Shown in pieces: positions 1-12,881 of a DNA stretch of 64,000 bases (its first letter is position 1; each line of letters starts with the position of its first letter). The notes beneath the pieces were generated by a model. That model was not told the origin of the DNA. It worked only from the letters and a program-made list of their open reading frames with translations, and made no database searches. This DNA comes from Selaginella moellendorffii (taxonomy: Eukaryota > Plantae > Lycopodiophyta), in assembly GCF_000143415.4 (NCBI RefSeq), contig NW_003314261.1:1372586-1436585 (forward strand), read 5' to 3'. The position numbers and the translations under genes were made by a program.

Positions 1-1080
1 TTCGCAACGTCGGCTCCGCCGGCTAGAACTTCAGAAGAAGAAGAAATCCTCGCAGCTTGACGCAGACCTTTTAGAATGCGCGAAAGAATGAAAGCATTCT
101 AGTAGAAGATGGAGAACTCACCACGCATATCCTTGCTTGGGCGATCTTCTACAAACCAATTAGCTTCAGTGTTGGCTTTCGCTTCCACTAGATTGTATTG
201 GGCTCTTTCGGCATCCCATTTGCACTCCAGGGAGGCCGGGAGCTCTCGCTAGAAAATGGAGAACGCGTTATCAATACAATCCGAGTCTAGATCATATGCT
301 ACATACTTGGAGCTTGTTGAAAGTCACGAGAGAGTTGCCAGTACGAAGCTCGGCTGCTAAGAGGTTGTAGAGCGAAACGCAATCGAGCAAAAGCTACAAA
401 GAAGATGAGCAGGAGTTTTGATTTTGCTTGTGACATGAGAAAGTTCTACCTGGAAGGAGAGAACTCGAATTCTTGCCAGGATCGACAAAACCGTCAGTGT
501 GTAAGACATGAAACGTCCCTGCTCCAGCAATCCGGCCATTTGCCTGGTGAAGAAAAGATGGCGTTGAAAGAAAAACATGAGGGTCACGGAACTTACTTGC
601 TCGCACCGAGGATGGGCGCATTTAGCTGAAGATGAAGAAACCATTTTCAGAGATTCTTAAGTTTCTTGCCAAAGAAGTACCTCGTGTAGGATCCTCGAGA
701 CTCCCCAGAGAATGTTTAAAACAGCTTCTTTTGATTCGGAAGCTACATTTTTGTTCCTTCTGCTTGTAAAGAACAAGTAAAATAGATCAAAAGAAGGGAT
801 TCCAGATCGCTACCTGCGTTTCACAGCAGGCTCGAGATGGAAATCGAGTGCCGAGAGGAAGGTATCGGAGGCAGCAACGCGAAGCAATTTGAGGCTCCTT
901 CGTGCCTGGAAGAATGAAGAGTGAAATTTACAAACACCATGGCTGTGGATGATATACCTGGTGGAGCTTTCGGAAGTGGAGTGTGCCGCGATGCTGGCTC
1001 TTGCTCCTGTAGATGAGGCGCTCCAAGAGGGCGTCCTCCCTTTGCAGCGAAGATATGTGCTGCCTCACATCACTTACCAT
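1..1080 (-). CDS. NEPRO/DUF4477-like (nucleolus and neural progenitor protein N-terminal domain), multi-exon, 3' end probably outside window
   Basis: ATG at 1080. Spliced translation MVSDVRQHISSLQREDALLERLIYRSKSQHRGTLHFRKLHQ/ARRSLKLL.../...QMAGLLEQGRFMSYTLTVLSILARIRVLSFQ matches the family pattern (ERLIY-K-QHR, F-L-L-RLRVL). GT-AG introns; telo-box AAACCCTA at 1088. Confidence 0.6.
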
Positions 1081-1369
1081 TCTCTTTAAACCCTAAAGTT
1101 TATTAGTAAAAACTTTATGGTTAATTAGTTTTTATTAAAGATATGATTTTAGAAAAGCCATGCCATTAATTGTAAGCCATAAATTTATCCGAAGCACCCA
1201 TGTTAATAAAGATCTAATAAAGTTACTTTGGAGGTTCCCTCAATAATAATAATAATAAGTTATTATTATTATTTAAATTTAATTTTTTGTTTGCTTAAGC
1301 AAACCTATAGGAGAACTAAGATGATAATGTATGTTATTAAATAGTACTTGAATATTAACGTTACTTGAA

Positions 1370-1600
1370 TATTTTAGAATATTTTACCATTTAACGGTTG
1401 TTATGGATTAATTTTGTATTTATAATTTATAAGCTTCCTTAAACACTTTTTAGTATATTCTTTTTTATTCTACTATCTAATAGTTGATATATAATAAGAT
1501 TAATCTTGTGTTTATAAATTATAAACATGTTTATAATTATAAACTTTTATTTGATCAATTGGATTAATAAGTAAAAATAACATTACTATTAAGCAAAATT
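1370..1600. repeat. AT-rich dispersed repeat (inverted copy at 13806-14060)
   Basis: Reverse complement of 1551-1600 (aattttgcttaatagtaatgttatttttacttattaatccaattgatcaa) aligns to 13805-13853 (agttttcttaatagtagtgttattcttacttattaatccaattaatcaa); similarity continues for about 230 bp. Confidence 0.75.
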
Positions 1601-1965
1601 ACATGCAGAATTCTACTTTATGCGTAATTTGTAAAAGTTTTGTAAATTAAAATTGAAATATGACAAGTACATGCAAGAATATACCAGGCATGTTGTTGTT
1701 TAGCCCTAAACATTCAGGAAGCTTCGTAAACCCGAGCATAAACCCTAAAGTCAGAGAGGGGAGGACCATCTGCGCTCGATAGACGCTAGGGTATGGATTG
1801 ACGAGGCGCAGGCTGCGAGGAGCAGCTGCCAATTCCCAGAGTTTGCAAAGCAATTGTATGAGGGATGAGGGATTGATTGGGGAATCCTGCATCGCATTCC
1901 TGAGGTAAGATAGGGTTGTGTAGAGGCGAATTGAGCGATTCTTCTGGGCCTGGATTTAGGTCGGT

Positions 1966-4900
1966 ATGCATCGAGTCGCGAGCACTGGCAACGCTGCAAA
2001 TCCATCCCGGCCTCGGAAGGAACGTAGACTGACATATGTTTTTACCGATGCTGACGATTCTACGGTAAGCCAAAACTTTCCTTCTTTCTATTTGATTTTT
2101 TGTGCTCTAGCTAAGACTTCGTTCGTTCAGCACTCTTCTGGTGTCAATTGTGTGAAAGTCTCGTCTTCCAGCGATTTGTCCGATGGAAAAAGATCTCTTT
2201 TCAGTGGCAGTCGTGATGGAACGCTCAAAAGATGGGAGGTTGATGAAGAGGTCGCGACTTGCTGTGCTACTTTTGAGTCGCATGTCGACTGGGTATGTGT
2301 GGATTTCCATTTTTTCTTGTGATGTTAAAATTCTTTCACAGGTGAACGATCTTGTTCTCACAGGAGAAGACACTCTCGTGTCTTGCTCTTCTGATACCAC
2401 GCTCAAGGTACTTCTAGTTTTTTCTCCAAGGCGTCTCTTAGTTTTCCTGATGCCACCAGACTTGGAACGCATTTTCGAATGGAGCTTGTACTAGGACATT
2501 TCGGCAGCACTCGGATTATGTCACGTCATTGGCTGCTGCTCGGCATGTAAGGAATTCGATTCACATCTTTTTACTGTTGATGATGTCTATATTGTTTTGA
2601 TGGAAGACCGACACTGTGGCTTCGGGGGGCCTCGGTTGCGAAGTTTTCATCTGGGACCTTGAAGCTGCGACGGCTCCTGTGTCGAAAGCACGAAGTGATG
2701 GTTTGGAGGAAACCAGATATGACGGAATGCATAAGACCTCTGGAAATCTACTACATTCCGAGAGATCGACTGCTGCAATTACTCCTGCACAAACCTACGC
2801 TCCAATACCAGCAAAGGGACATAAACAATCTGTGTATGCCCTTGCCATCAACGATGCTGGAACCGTGCTTGTCTCCGGAGGCACGGAAAAGGTACGTTCT
2901 TGCTCGCCTTCGAACATTGGAAAGTTAACCTTTTCAATAGGCTGTAAGAGTATGGGATCCAAGAAGTGGTGCAAAGCAAATGAAGTTGAAGGGCCATACT
3001 GATAACGTTCGAAGCTTGCTCTTGGATCCGTCGGGAAGGTAACACACTCGAAGCGTATTCTTCATGCATTTTCTCATTGTCTTTTTAACAGATTATGTTT
3101 GTCAGGGTCTTCAGATTCAATTATCAGGTAGCTATACATCATACATGTTTATTTCCGACTGATAACTAGCGTCAATGCCAGGCTTTGGGATCTTGGGCAG
3201 CAACGTTGTGTTCATTCATATGCTGTGCACACTGACTCAGTGTGGACAATGGCGAGCACATCCTCTTTTAGTCACGTTTACAGTGGCGGCAAAGACTTGT
3301 CGGTATGTTTTAAAATCTTTTTGTAATTCATGGAGGTTATTTGACAGACTTTGTACAGGTTTATTTGACAGATCTTTCTTCTCGCGAGAGCATACTGCTG
3401 TTTACAGAACAGCATCCTATTCTTCAGATGGCGTTGCAAGATGACGATTGGCTCTGGGTAGCGTCGACAGATTCCTCAATTCGTAAATGGCCTGCACGGG
3501 AGAGAATATCCGCCAAAGCACTCCAAAAAGCAAATTCCTTTGTGGCTGGATCGCTTCCTTTCTCTCGTGCAAGAGCGTGGATTGATGGGTCCGCTCCGGT
3601 ACGATTACGTTCGATGACTTTTAGTTTTTATAGCGTTGATTGCAGGCACCCCTGTACACGGAACCATCTTCTATTATTCCAGGCACACCTGGAATCGTGA
3701 AACATGCACTGCTGAATGACAAACGACATGTGCTTACAAAGGTACAGTTAACTTTTAAAGTTCAAACCAAACTGGTGTCTTTCCCTTGCAGGATACGGAG
3801 GACAATGTGAAGCTCTGGGAGATCACTCGCGGAGCTGTAGTCGAGAACTATGGAAAAGTATTTCTGCCCTGCAAAGTTTCTCTTACGCTTCATGCTCAAG
3901 GTTTGTTTGTAGGTCTCGTTCGATGACAAAGAAAAGGAGCTCTTTGAGATGGTAAGCAAGTTTGTCTTTCATTAACTTTTTATCAACTCAACCCTTGTGA
4001 AGGTGAGCGTGCCGACGTGGTTTACCATGGATACGCGGTTGGGGAGCATTTCTATACATCTAGATACGCCTCAATGCTTCTCGGCAGAGATGTATGCCGT
4101 GGATTTGCATGTTCCTGGGGCGTCTGAAGAGACCAAGGTAACCAAGCAGATATACAAGTGAAACTTACAAGTTGTGTTTGCAGTTAAATCTTGGACAAGA
4201 GACGTTGCGTGGTCTCTTTGCGCACTGGCTTTCTCGACGAAAGCAGAAGACGTCGACGCATCTAGCTAATGGGGACGCCTTGTCAAGTCTAAGGACATTG
4301 TCGGACAACGCTCATGACAACACAGACAGTCAAGTTGTGTTCGATTTTTCTACGTCCATCCCTCCCTCAATTATCACGGAGGGCTCACAGGGTGGACCAT
4401 GGAGGAAGAAAGTGTCCGACTTGGAAGGCGTTGAAGACGAGAAGGAGCTACCGAGATGGTGCATCGACTGTGTAGCACACGCACAAATCCCTCCTCGTGA
4501 GCAGTCCAAGTAAGTACTTAATTGTTGCGTGAAAGTTCCTCTCCTCATTCCCTGCAATCGCAGGTGTAGCTTCTTTCTACATCCATACGAAGGAACTGCT
4601 CTGCAAGTTCTCACGCAAGGAAAACTGAGCGCACCGAAGATCCTAAGAATACAGAAGGTTACAAAGTTCGTGTTCCCTCGATCAAATCTCTTCATGATTT
4701 TTCATTCCAGGTGATTAACTACGTGCTCGAGAAGCTAGTTCTGGACAGACCTCTAGACGATCACGCCTCCGGTCCACAAATGCCTGGTAACGTTTACGAT
4801 TACAGGCCCAGCTCAAGGCCGTGGCAATCTAACCCGAAGCCAGCGATCGAGATACTGTGTAACCAGCAGGTAAGCTCCCAGTTCTTAGCATTTTTTCCAA

Positions 4901-5030
4901 GATCTGGAGCTAAAACTACGCGCAGGTTTTGTCTCCCGATATGAGCCTGGCAACTGTGAGAACATACATCTGGAAAAAACCGGAAGATCTTTGCTTGTAT
5001 TATCGAAACATCCAGACGCAAAGCCGGTGA
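1966..5030 (+). CDS. WDR48: WD40 + DUF3337 protein, WDR48/UAF1 deubiquitinase activator (Arabidopsis LRS1-like), many short introns
   Basis: [20 protein letters not shown] start; WD repeats ([39 protein letters not shown]); C-terminal [41 protein letters not shown]; stop TGA at 5028-5030. Confidence 0.93.
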
Positions 5031-5590
5031 TAAGGAACGAAAGGAAGCGTCGGTCCAAACTAATCGGCACAAAGTTTGTACAGACACAAGAAAGGTTTTT
5101 TAAAGTGGCCTACCATTTTTTTTTTTTTGTTTCTCCACAAGGTGTACGGAAGTTCTTCCCCTTGCTAAGCCCGTACTAAGCTGAACGTACGGTTGCGATG
5201 GTGCCAACGTGGAAAGTCGATCGGACGGTGGGACAAGGGGAATCATAATTTGTGACCTGGATGGAGAGCAGAGCTATGGCGGGCGAGGAGCACGACGATG
5301 AAGGCGCTGCCCTGCGATCCCCATGGCGCTCGATTCCAGGTTCCTAGCCCCCATTTTCCAGGCCACGGATGGATCGATTGACCCGGAATCGCGGCGGGAA
5401 ATCGTCGATGGAGCAGTGTATGGTAATAGGTTCTCCCTAGTTCTTGGCGCCACCGGCATTGGATCATCGCTGGCCCGTGCTTATGACTTTTGATCTGGGC
5501 GAGCTACGAAATCATAGGTCGAGATGGATGGATGCGACCGGGAAATGGTACGATTTCTATGAGGTGCTGGGGGCGCTTGTGAGTAGGATT

Positions 5591-7344
5591 ATGGGGTGCT
5601 TTGGCTGCTGCTTTGGGCTGAGTAGGAAATCTACCAAAGCTTCGAAGCAAGCGAGCTATTATCCGGCAGGAGCTTCGCAAGAGCAGCTGCTCAAGTTTCC
5701 AGGGAGTGATACCGCGTCCAGTGGCAAGAGGAGTTCTTCGGCAAGGTTTTCGAGCAGTGGTCGGGAATTGGTGGGAGTTAGACTAGGAAAATCGAGCCAG
5801 GAAAATGGATGGTCTGTGGAAAACGCTGCTAATCCGGTGACCGATGTGAAGATCACTCGACGAGCGAATACTTCCCAGGTAAGTGCGCATTGTGTGCCTA
5901 CAGAATCACGGTTAGAAAAAAAATTCTTGTGTTTTTTTTTTTTTTTTTGTAGAGCTACGATGGGAGTAAAATGATCAATCAATACGTCCGTCACGAAAGA
6001 ATTGGGAAAGGGAGCTATGGGAAAGTGGTGAGTGGAAGTCTTTCAACTTTCTGTAGAAACATTTTATTCCCTTTCAGGTACTGCACCGTAGCTTGTTTGA
6101 TCAAAAGTTTTATGCCATCAAGGTACTGAATTGTCTCGCACCATGTGCTAGATCTAACCGCTGTTTTTGAAGGTGTTTGATAAGTCGCGACTAGGGAAAA
6201 TTCGGGTAGCCCCGTCTGAAACTGCAATGATGGACGTTCGTAGAGAAGTAAGTCTCTTGTTTTCTATGAAATTTTTCTACGAAGCATTATGAGATGTTCT
6301 TTCACTCTCATTTTCTGCAATGTTTTTATTTTTAATTTTTTCAGGTAGAGGTAATGAAGCACTTGAGACATCCTAACATTGTTAGATTGATTGAGGTCAT
6401 AGATGATCCAGAGTGTGACCAGCTCTATATGGGTAAGATTGTGATTATTATGTTGTTGCTACTTATGTATACTTGTCTTTCAGTTCTGGAGTACATAGAA
6501 GGGCAACGAATGTTTAAACAATCTGGACCACCTGGTGGCCTTGGCGAGTCCACAGCGAGACGCTACTTCAGAGACATCGTGGCGGGTTTGATGTATCTTC
6601 ACAACAATGTAGGGTCTACCTTTTCTTTGCTTTTTTGCTTGAGTTGATCGCGCATTCTATCAATCGACAGAAAGTTATCCATGGAGATATCAAGCCCGAG
6701 AACCTGATGATCACTGCCGAAGGCAGGATCAAAATTGGAGATTTTGGTATCAGTCGAACTTTCGAGGTACCACAGAGTTTGTGGTGTGGTGGTGAGATGA
6801 AAGTTTTTCTTTCTTTCTTTTGCCGCAGGGCGATGATGATCTTTTACGTCGATCTCCTGGCACTCCTGTCTTCACAGCACCAGAATGCTGTAAAGGTGTT
6901 TCTCGTGATTGGAGCTCTTCCGACATGACTCATGTGTGTTTGTTTTGTTCTTTTTATTCTCGGAAAGGCATGGCATATCACGGAAAGGCCGCGGACGTCT
7001 GGGCTCTCGGAGTGACTTTGTACTGCATGGTCACAGGACAGTATCCATTTGTTGGGGAAAACTTTCAGGACACTTATGACAAGGTAAGCACCCCGATGGA
7101 TGGGTATCTAATCATTTGACACGCTAGCGCTTTGCAGATTGTCCAGCAAGAGCTCTCGATGCCTCCTGGCCTGGATCCCGATCTTCAAAACCTGTTGGAA
7201 GGACTTCTCTGTAAAGGTGCGAAGGTTTCATTGATGCCCAACTTGAGTTTATATGTAACTTTTTCCTTTTTCTTAGATCCCGACCAACGAATGACACTAG
7301 ATGCTGTTTTGTGCCATCCTTGGCTCCTTAAAGCAAGCTCCTAG
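5591..7344 (+). CDS. GRIK1: SnRK1-activating kinase (GRIK/SnAK, CaMKK-like Ser/Thr kinase)
   Basis: MGCFGCC N-terminus; INQYVRHERIGKGSYGKV, HPNIVRLIEVIDDPECD, HGDIKPENL, DFG, RRSPGTPVFTAPECC, YHGKAADVWALGVTLY across spliced exons. Confidence 0.9.
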
Positions 7345-8048
7345 AAAGGTCCGTGGATGTAACGTGTCTAAAGTCGTTTGGTAACACTTGGAAATCAAAT
7401 CCACAGGGGGCGTGATCTGTGCTTTTGCTTCATGGCATGGCACCAATCTCGACTTCATGTGGTTAAGAAACTGGTAAGAATTCCGTGTTTGTTTACTCGC
7501 TCTCAACTCGCAATCGTTGAATTTTCCTCCAGGAAGGAAGTTTTGGTAGACTACACTTCAGAATGTTAGCATTCCGGTCAAGAAGAAGTGGCGAATCACT
7601 TTCTCGGTAGCTTGTTTGTTGGAATCAAAACACCCAAACACAGGAAAAAGGCAAAGCTGATGATGATCGTCACGTACAATAAACACTCGCCACCATCGAG
7701 GAAGTTTTGTTCCAATCTAAGAAAACCTCATAAAAAAAAACAAGTTTGAGCCCAAAAGTCCGTGTTTGTTTTGTCTGTGCTCTCATAAATTGGAAGAATT
7801 AAAATCTCTTCGTTCCATTGATCATCGAGTGAACAAAAACAACGAAGTAAAGTTATCAGAGAGGAAAAGACTTCGTCTCTGTCTGTCAATCCAACCAGGA
7901 CATCGCAGAAAGAAAGAAATCAAGACAAAAAAAAAAACGAAGAAAAAGAAGAGCCACAAACCTCCCCCAAGAACCAGTAGAGATGTTTGCTGCCGCTGTG
8001 TTCCAGCTCCAATCCTCCATAGCTCAGCTTCCAGTTCTTTCCTCTTCT

Positions 8049-9551
8049 CTAGATGTGAGCCAGCGAGACCGGGAACTCGTCGATAAAGTCCGACCACGCG
8101 TTCTTCACTTGATCCGGCTTGAGCGACTTTCGAGCTCTCCACACCGCGCTGTTGCACTTAAACCCGGATCCAAAAGCAATCTGCCAGATCCGGTCCCCGC
8201 GAGCAATCCTCCCCTTGGCCTCGCAGTAGGCGAGCTCGTACCACAGCGAGCTCGAGGAAGTGTTCCCCCAGCGGTAGAGCGTCATCCTCGACGGCTCCAT
8301 ATGCCACGGCGAGAGCTGGAGGTTCTTCTCCAGCTCGTCCAGCACGGCCCTCCCCCCGGCGTGGATGCAAAAGTGCTCGAACGCCAGCTTGAAGTCGGGG
8401 ATGTAAGGCCGGACTTTCATCTTGAGCACCTTCCTCGCGAAGAGCGTGAAGAAGAACATGATCTGCTCGGACAGCGGCAGCACCAGCGGACCCAGCGTCG
8501 TGATGTTGGTCTTGAGCGCGTCGCCGGCCACCGCCATGAGATCCCGCGACAGTGAAACTCCCACCGTCCCCTTGTCGTCCTCCTGCTGGTAGACGCACTG
8601 GAAGCACTTCTCGTCGGCCCCCTTGTGAGTTCTCACCGTGTGGACGAGCTCGTACTTGGCGCGGCGTCGCGCGGACCGCTTGTTGGAGAGGAGGATGGCC
8701 GCTCCACCCATCCGGAAGAGGCAGTTTGGCACCAGCATGGAGCGCTCGTTGCCAAAGTACCAGTTGAGCGTGATGTTCTCCATGCTCACCACCAGCGCGT
8801 ACGTGTTGGTGTGGACCTGGAGCAGATCCTTGGCGAGGTCGATGGAGATCACCCCGGCGCTGCAGCCCATCCCGCCGAGATTCAAGCTCGTGATGTTGCC
8901 GCGCATCCGGTAGTGATTGACGATCATGGCCGAGAGCGATGGAGTGGGATTGAAGAGGCTGCAGTTGACGACCAGCACGCCGATGTCCTTGGGCTTCACT
9001 CCGGTCTTGGCCAGGAGCTCGTCGATGGCTCCAAACATGACGATCTCGGCCTCCTTCCTCGCCTCCCTCATGCATGGATTGGGCGGAACGTTCATCACTG
9101 CCTCGGGGAGATAAGTGTCCTCGCCCAGCCCGGATCTCTCCAAGATCTTCTTCTGGAACTCGAGAGTGGTGTCGTTGAAAGCCCCCGAGAGCGTGGATCG
9201 CTCCATGAAAGTGGCCTTGGAGCACTTCCTCTCGTCGTCGGGCTTGTAGCACGCGAAATCCACGAGATAGACCGGGCGGGGCCGCGACATGAAGTAGAGC
9301 GTCGCCGCGAAGACGAGCGCCCCGGAGCACGCCAGCACGCTCACCAGATTGAACTGCAAGTGCTCCCACAGCTTCCAGATGTCGTCGATCCCCAGCCTGC
9401 CGATCTCCGCGGCCACCAGGAGCATCAGCGGCACCAGCAGGAAGATGAGCGCCCGCGACACCACATAGAGGTAGCCCAGCTTCACGTACTTGAGCCGCAC
9501 GGACTGGAGGAAATCCGGGAGCCTCGATCTTACCCGCGGGGGACGATCCAT
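8049..9551 (-). CDS. KCS: 3-ketoacyl-CoA synthase (VLCFA elongase, FAE1/CUT1 family), intronless
   Basis: [27 protein letters not shown] (catalytic Cys), [31 protein letters not shown]. Likely start MDRPP at 9551. Confidence 0.97.
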   Translation of the reverse strand: MDRPPRVRSRLPDFLQSVRLKYVKLGYLYVVSRALIFLLVPLMLLVAAEIGRLGIDDIWKLWEHLQFNLVSVLACSGALVFAATLYFMSRPRPVYLVDFACYKPDDERKCSKATFMERSTLSGAFNDTTLEFQKKILERSGLGEDTYLPEAVMNVPPNPCMREARKEAEIVMFGAIDELLAKTGVKPKDIGVLVVNCSLFNPTPSLSAMIVNHYRMRGNITSLNLGGMGCSAGVISIDLAKDLLQVHTNTYALVVSMENITLNWYFGNERSMLVPNCLFRMGGAAILLSNKRSARRRAKYELVHTVRTHKGADEKCFQCVYQQEDDKGTVGVSLSRDLMAVAGDALKTNITTLGPLVLPLSEQIMFFFTLFARKVLKMKVRPYIPDFKLAFEHFCIHAGGRAVLDELEKNLQLSPWHMEPSRMTLYRWGNTSSSSLWYELAYCEAKGRIARGDRIWQIAFGSGFKCNSAVWRARKSLKPDQVKNAWSDFIDEFPVSLAHI

Positions 9552-9989
9552 TGCTGGACAAATGCGGCGCGCGGCTTGGCTTCTTCTTCTGTCAGATCCG
9601 AGCTTGGCGCATGAAACCAAAGATTTCCCTCTCTCCCACTCCTCCTTTTCTCCCTTCTCGCGAGCCAAGAACCCTAAAATCTGGAAGAATGGGCGGCATA
9701 GCATGGGCGGCATTTATATCACCGCTGGCGGTCCATTACGTACCACGCGGAACGCCAAAAGACCAGCCGGACATATCGCTATCGATTTTTACTCCTGGCC
9801 ATAAAGAGCTAGCCCTAATGTTTGAAAAAATAAAAGACTGGGGATATGCTCGTTAGCTCGAGCTAGCCCTAAGTTTTGAAAAAATAGAAAAAGGGGATAT
9901 GCCGCGCATCCGGTTAGCTAACAAACGCCCTTTAACTAACCCAGGGGGGTTAGGCCAAGAACTTAGGTTTTGGGCCACCTCTCTCATCG

Positions 9990-11365
9990 ATGGCGACGAT
10001 GACCAGCGCGATTCTTGTCCCTCCCGCGCGCTGCTGCTCCAGGTACTCCCCCCAATCGAGTAGATTACTCCCTCGCGACGCGATTTGGAGCGTCAGCTCC
10101 CGGGATTTCGCGCTGCGACGGGATGTCTCGGCTCGGGCATGGTGGTCTTCGAAGAAGAAGGATCAAGAACAGGCGGAGGTGACCGCTGCTACCTCAGAGA
10201 CGGAGGTTTCGAAAGGAAGTGGGAGGAAGAATGCTGGGAAGAATGCGGTGGCAGCAGCGCCGGTTGTGAAAGAAGAGGTGGAAGAGGTGGAGATGAGCTG
10301 GGTGGAGGAGAAGACCGGGGAGCTTGTCCAGATGACCGGGAATGCCATTCAAGCGATTCCAGGGCCCAGGGTGGGACAGAGCTCCGTTCCATGGCTGCTG
10401 GTTTTGCCCGTGGCGTATTTCAGCGTGACTTTCGTGATCGCTGTGTACAGGACTGTGAAGAAGTATAGCTCTCCAAAGGCGAAGAAGAGAAGGATGGTAA
10501 AGCTCTCGGAACTCTTTCGTTTTGTTCTTTCGCTTTTTACGTGGAGATGGATGATGGATGGACTCATCTTTTTGTTTCAGATTGGAAAGAATGCCTTTTT
10601 GGTGACTTCCTTGGACAAGTATTTTCCACAGCGCCGTGAAGAATTTGACAGCAAAGTGCTCAAAGAGCTGGAAAGGAAGGTAGGCTGTGATTCCTTTTTT
10701 TGTTTCTGCTCTCCTTTTCACTGCGTGTCCTTTCCAGTGCTCTTTTGACTCAAAAGAAGTGCTCCGGAAGTATATTCGATACGCCATGAACGAGCGAGCT
10801 TTCACGCCGGAGACTGTCGCAGATCTTATCCATCTCCGAAGGATCACCAAGCTGACCGACAATGAGATTGCCGACGTCTTGAACGAAACCTCGAGGCGCG
10901 TGGTGAATGAGAATGGTCTGTGAAGATTTCGGCTTGAATCACGTCGTGACCGGGCTTTGCATGTAGGAACCGTGATGATGGATTTACGGGGACTCACGGA
11001 GAGGGGTGTCAAGCGGAAGGCTGCTGTTCGTTCTCTCTTTAGCAAGCTCCTATACTTATCTGAGGTGAAGATCTCTATACTCTGTGCTGTTTCTCACCAC
11101 AGTTTCTTGTTCTCCAGTTGGACGAGTTCTGTTCGACGTCAAGAGACGCTCTGAAAATCAAAGAGCTTTTTGGAGTCACAGAGTACGTACTGCCCTTGTA
11201 GCTGTCTTGTATTAAAACATTCTCGGTTTTCCGTGCAGCGAGGATGCAAACAGCCTGCGCATTGAGACCCTGACCCAGCTTTCGGATATTGATTCACTAG
11301 ACAAGATGGTGAATCCAGAAGACACGGCTATGGATGAAGGCACACCAGATTCAAAGGCGTCGTGA
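9990..11365 (+). CDS. Conserved plastid-targeted single-TM membrane protein with helical stromal domain (function unknown)
   Basis: Ser/Arg-rich transit-peptide-like N-terminus; WVEEK..QAIPGPRVGQS.PWLL TM segment; EVLRKYIRYAMNER.F, RKAAV..LF.KLLYLSE; six GT-AG exons ending TGA at 11365. Confidence 0.75.
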
Positions 11366-12574
11366 CCCATGCCTTCTCGGGGTAACTTTCCACAGTTTTG
11401 GTAGCAATCATGTATCCGGGAATCTCGTCTTTTCCGTGTAGTATACTGTAAGTGTGATTTGAGTTTCAGGTCGTGCGCTTGGACTTTTTTCGTTCTGACC
11501 ATAGTAAGTCCATTTCTTTCTCCGACGTGCTCAAGTCCCATGCAGTGAATTATTTGTAAACGCTGTGCCAATGTTTCAGGCTCGCGATATCCTTCAAAAG
11601 TTCAAGAGAACATTTTCGAGCTTGCGAAGCCATCAACGATTTCAAGCCCGCAAAGAAACCATCGCTTGTTTTCTCGATTGCTCTAGCAGCTCCATTGTAG
11701 CGCATGAGTGATGCGAGAGATGGTGTCACTTATTGAAAGCTCTTGGGCTCCAAATCACCTGGAGACATCAACTTTGGAATCAAAGTTCGAAAGTGATGGA
11801 GAAAATATTCATTCCACCGAACCGGAAGATTTTGAAGGACATTTTTCACCAACCTTGGTGTTGATCCTTTGATAAAAATCGAATCTTCTTCTGGTCAAAA
11901 AGTACGTACGTAAGCAAGCACCAAGATCTTTCGCTCTATAGGAAGATCAGGGCGAGTCCCAACTGGACAGTATGGGAACTTCTTATCCTTATCCTCCTCA
12001 AGGTAAGAGAAGAGTTTGAAGTTAATGATCTATGGATGAATCTTTCCTTCTCCAATTCAAGGCTATCCTCCTCCAGTGGCGCCCCCGCCGCAATACTATT
12101 ACCAGGGGCCTTCTCACCGCGAGAAAGGATTTGCAGAAGGATGGTAAGCTCAGCGAGCACAGATTTTCTACCGGTTTTTATCACTCTTTTGGTCGTCTTG
12201 CAGTTTAGCTGGTCTGTGCTGCTGCTGGCTGCTAGAGATTTGTTGCTGCTGTGGCCCGCATATGTTTCTGGGCTGTTAGTATCAGTACTTTCTTAGTCTA
12301 TGATAATCATATATTGACACCATGTATCTATCAGTGCCTGAAACATTTGCAATTATATGTGTTCTGAGAGACAATAGTTAATCATGTCTAGGAGCCAAAA
12401 CTTGCTACCGGCACAACCACTTTCATAAAAAGGAGAATTTTAGTCGTAAAGATCCCTTTCTCGCTCTTCCCATCCTTGGTGATCAGGCTCCCAGTGGACG
12501 ATAAAATGCTCAAAAGCATGCCACTGCCACTGTTCGCACCAGTGTGTGGCAATGAATGAACGCGTTGTAACATT

Positions 12575-12715
12575 TCACGCTGGTGAGATCCATCTATACC
12601 GGCGTGCTGGACGAAATCTGGGGCTTACGGACTGGCATATGGAGCCGTCGAGGATGGGGAAATACTTTGTCAAGCTCGCTGTCGCTCCGGGGTTTAAATG
12701 CAACAGCCCGGTCAG
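12575..12715 (+). pseudogene. Collapsed KCS C-terminal gene fragment
   Basis: Contains ..VLDE../[28 protein letters not shown] motifs with internal deletions and frameshifts; no upstream KCS sequence. Confidence 0.7.
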
Positions 12716-12881
12716 GTCTGCTCTCTTTTCTTAAAAAAAGATCTCTTTTTTTTTAAAAAGAAAAAGCCAAAAAAAAAAGCTTACTGCTTTAAAACAATAT
12801 GACAAGTTTAACATTGCTTTCAAAGCTTCAACCTTCACAAGCTTCTAATTTTTTTTTCCATATATGTTAAGGCCAGAGAAT

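Noticed and set aside
7983-9614. Long overlapping or antisense ORFs over KCS (similarly over CYP710, 15974-18240)
   Set aside because: Shadow ORFs caused by high GC3 codon usage; no independent motifs.
9806-9902. About 44-bp imperfect direct repeat in the divergent promoter between KCS and the plastid-protein gene
   Set aside because: Real but only two copies; no evidence of function.
11600-12573. Short ORFs and exon-like pieces between the plastid-protein gene and the KCS fragment
   Set aside because: No consistent spliced frame or recognisable motif could be assembled.
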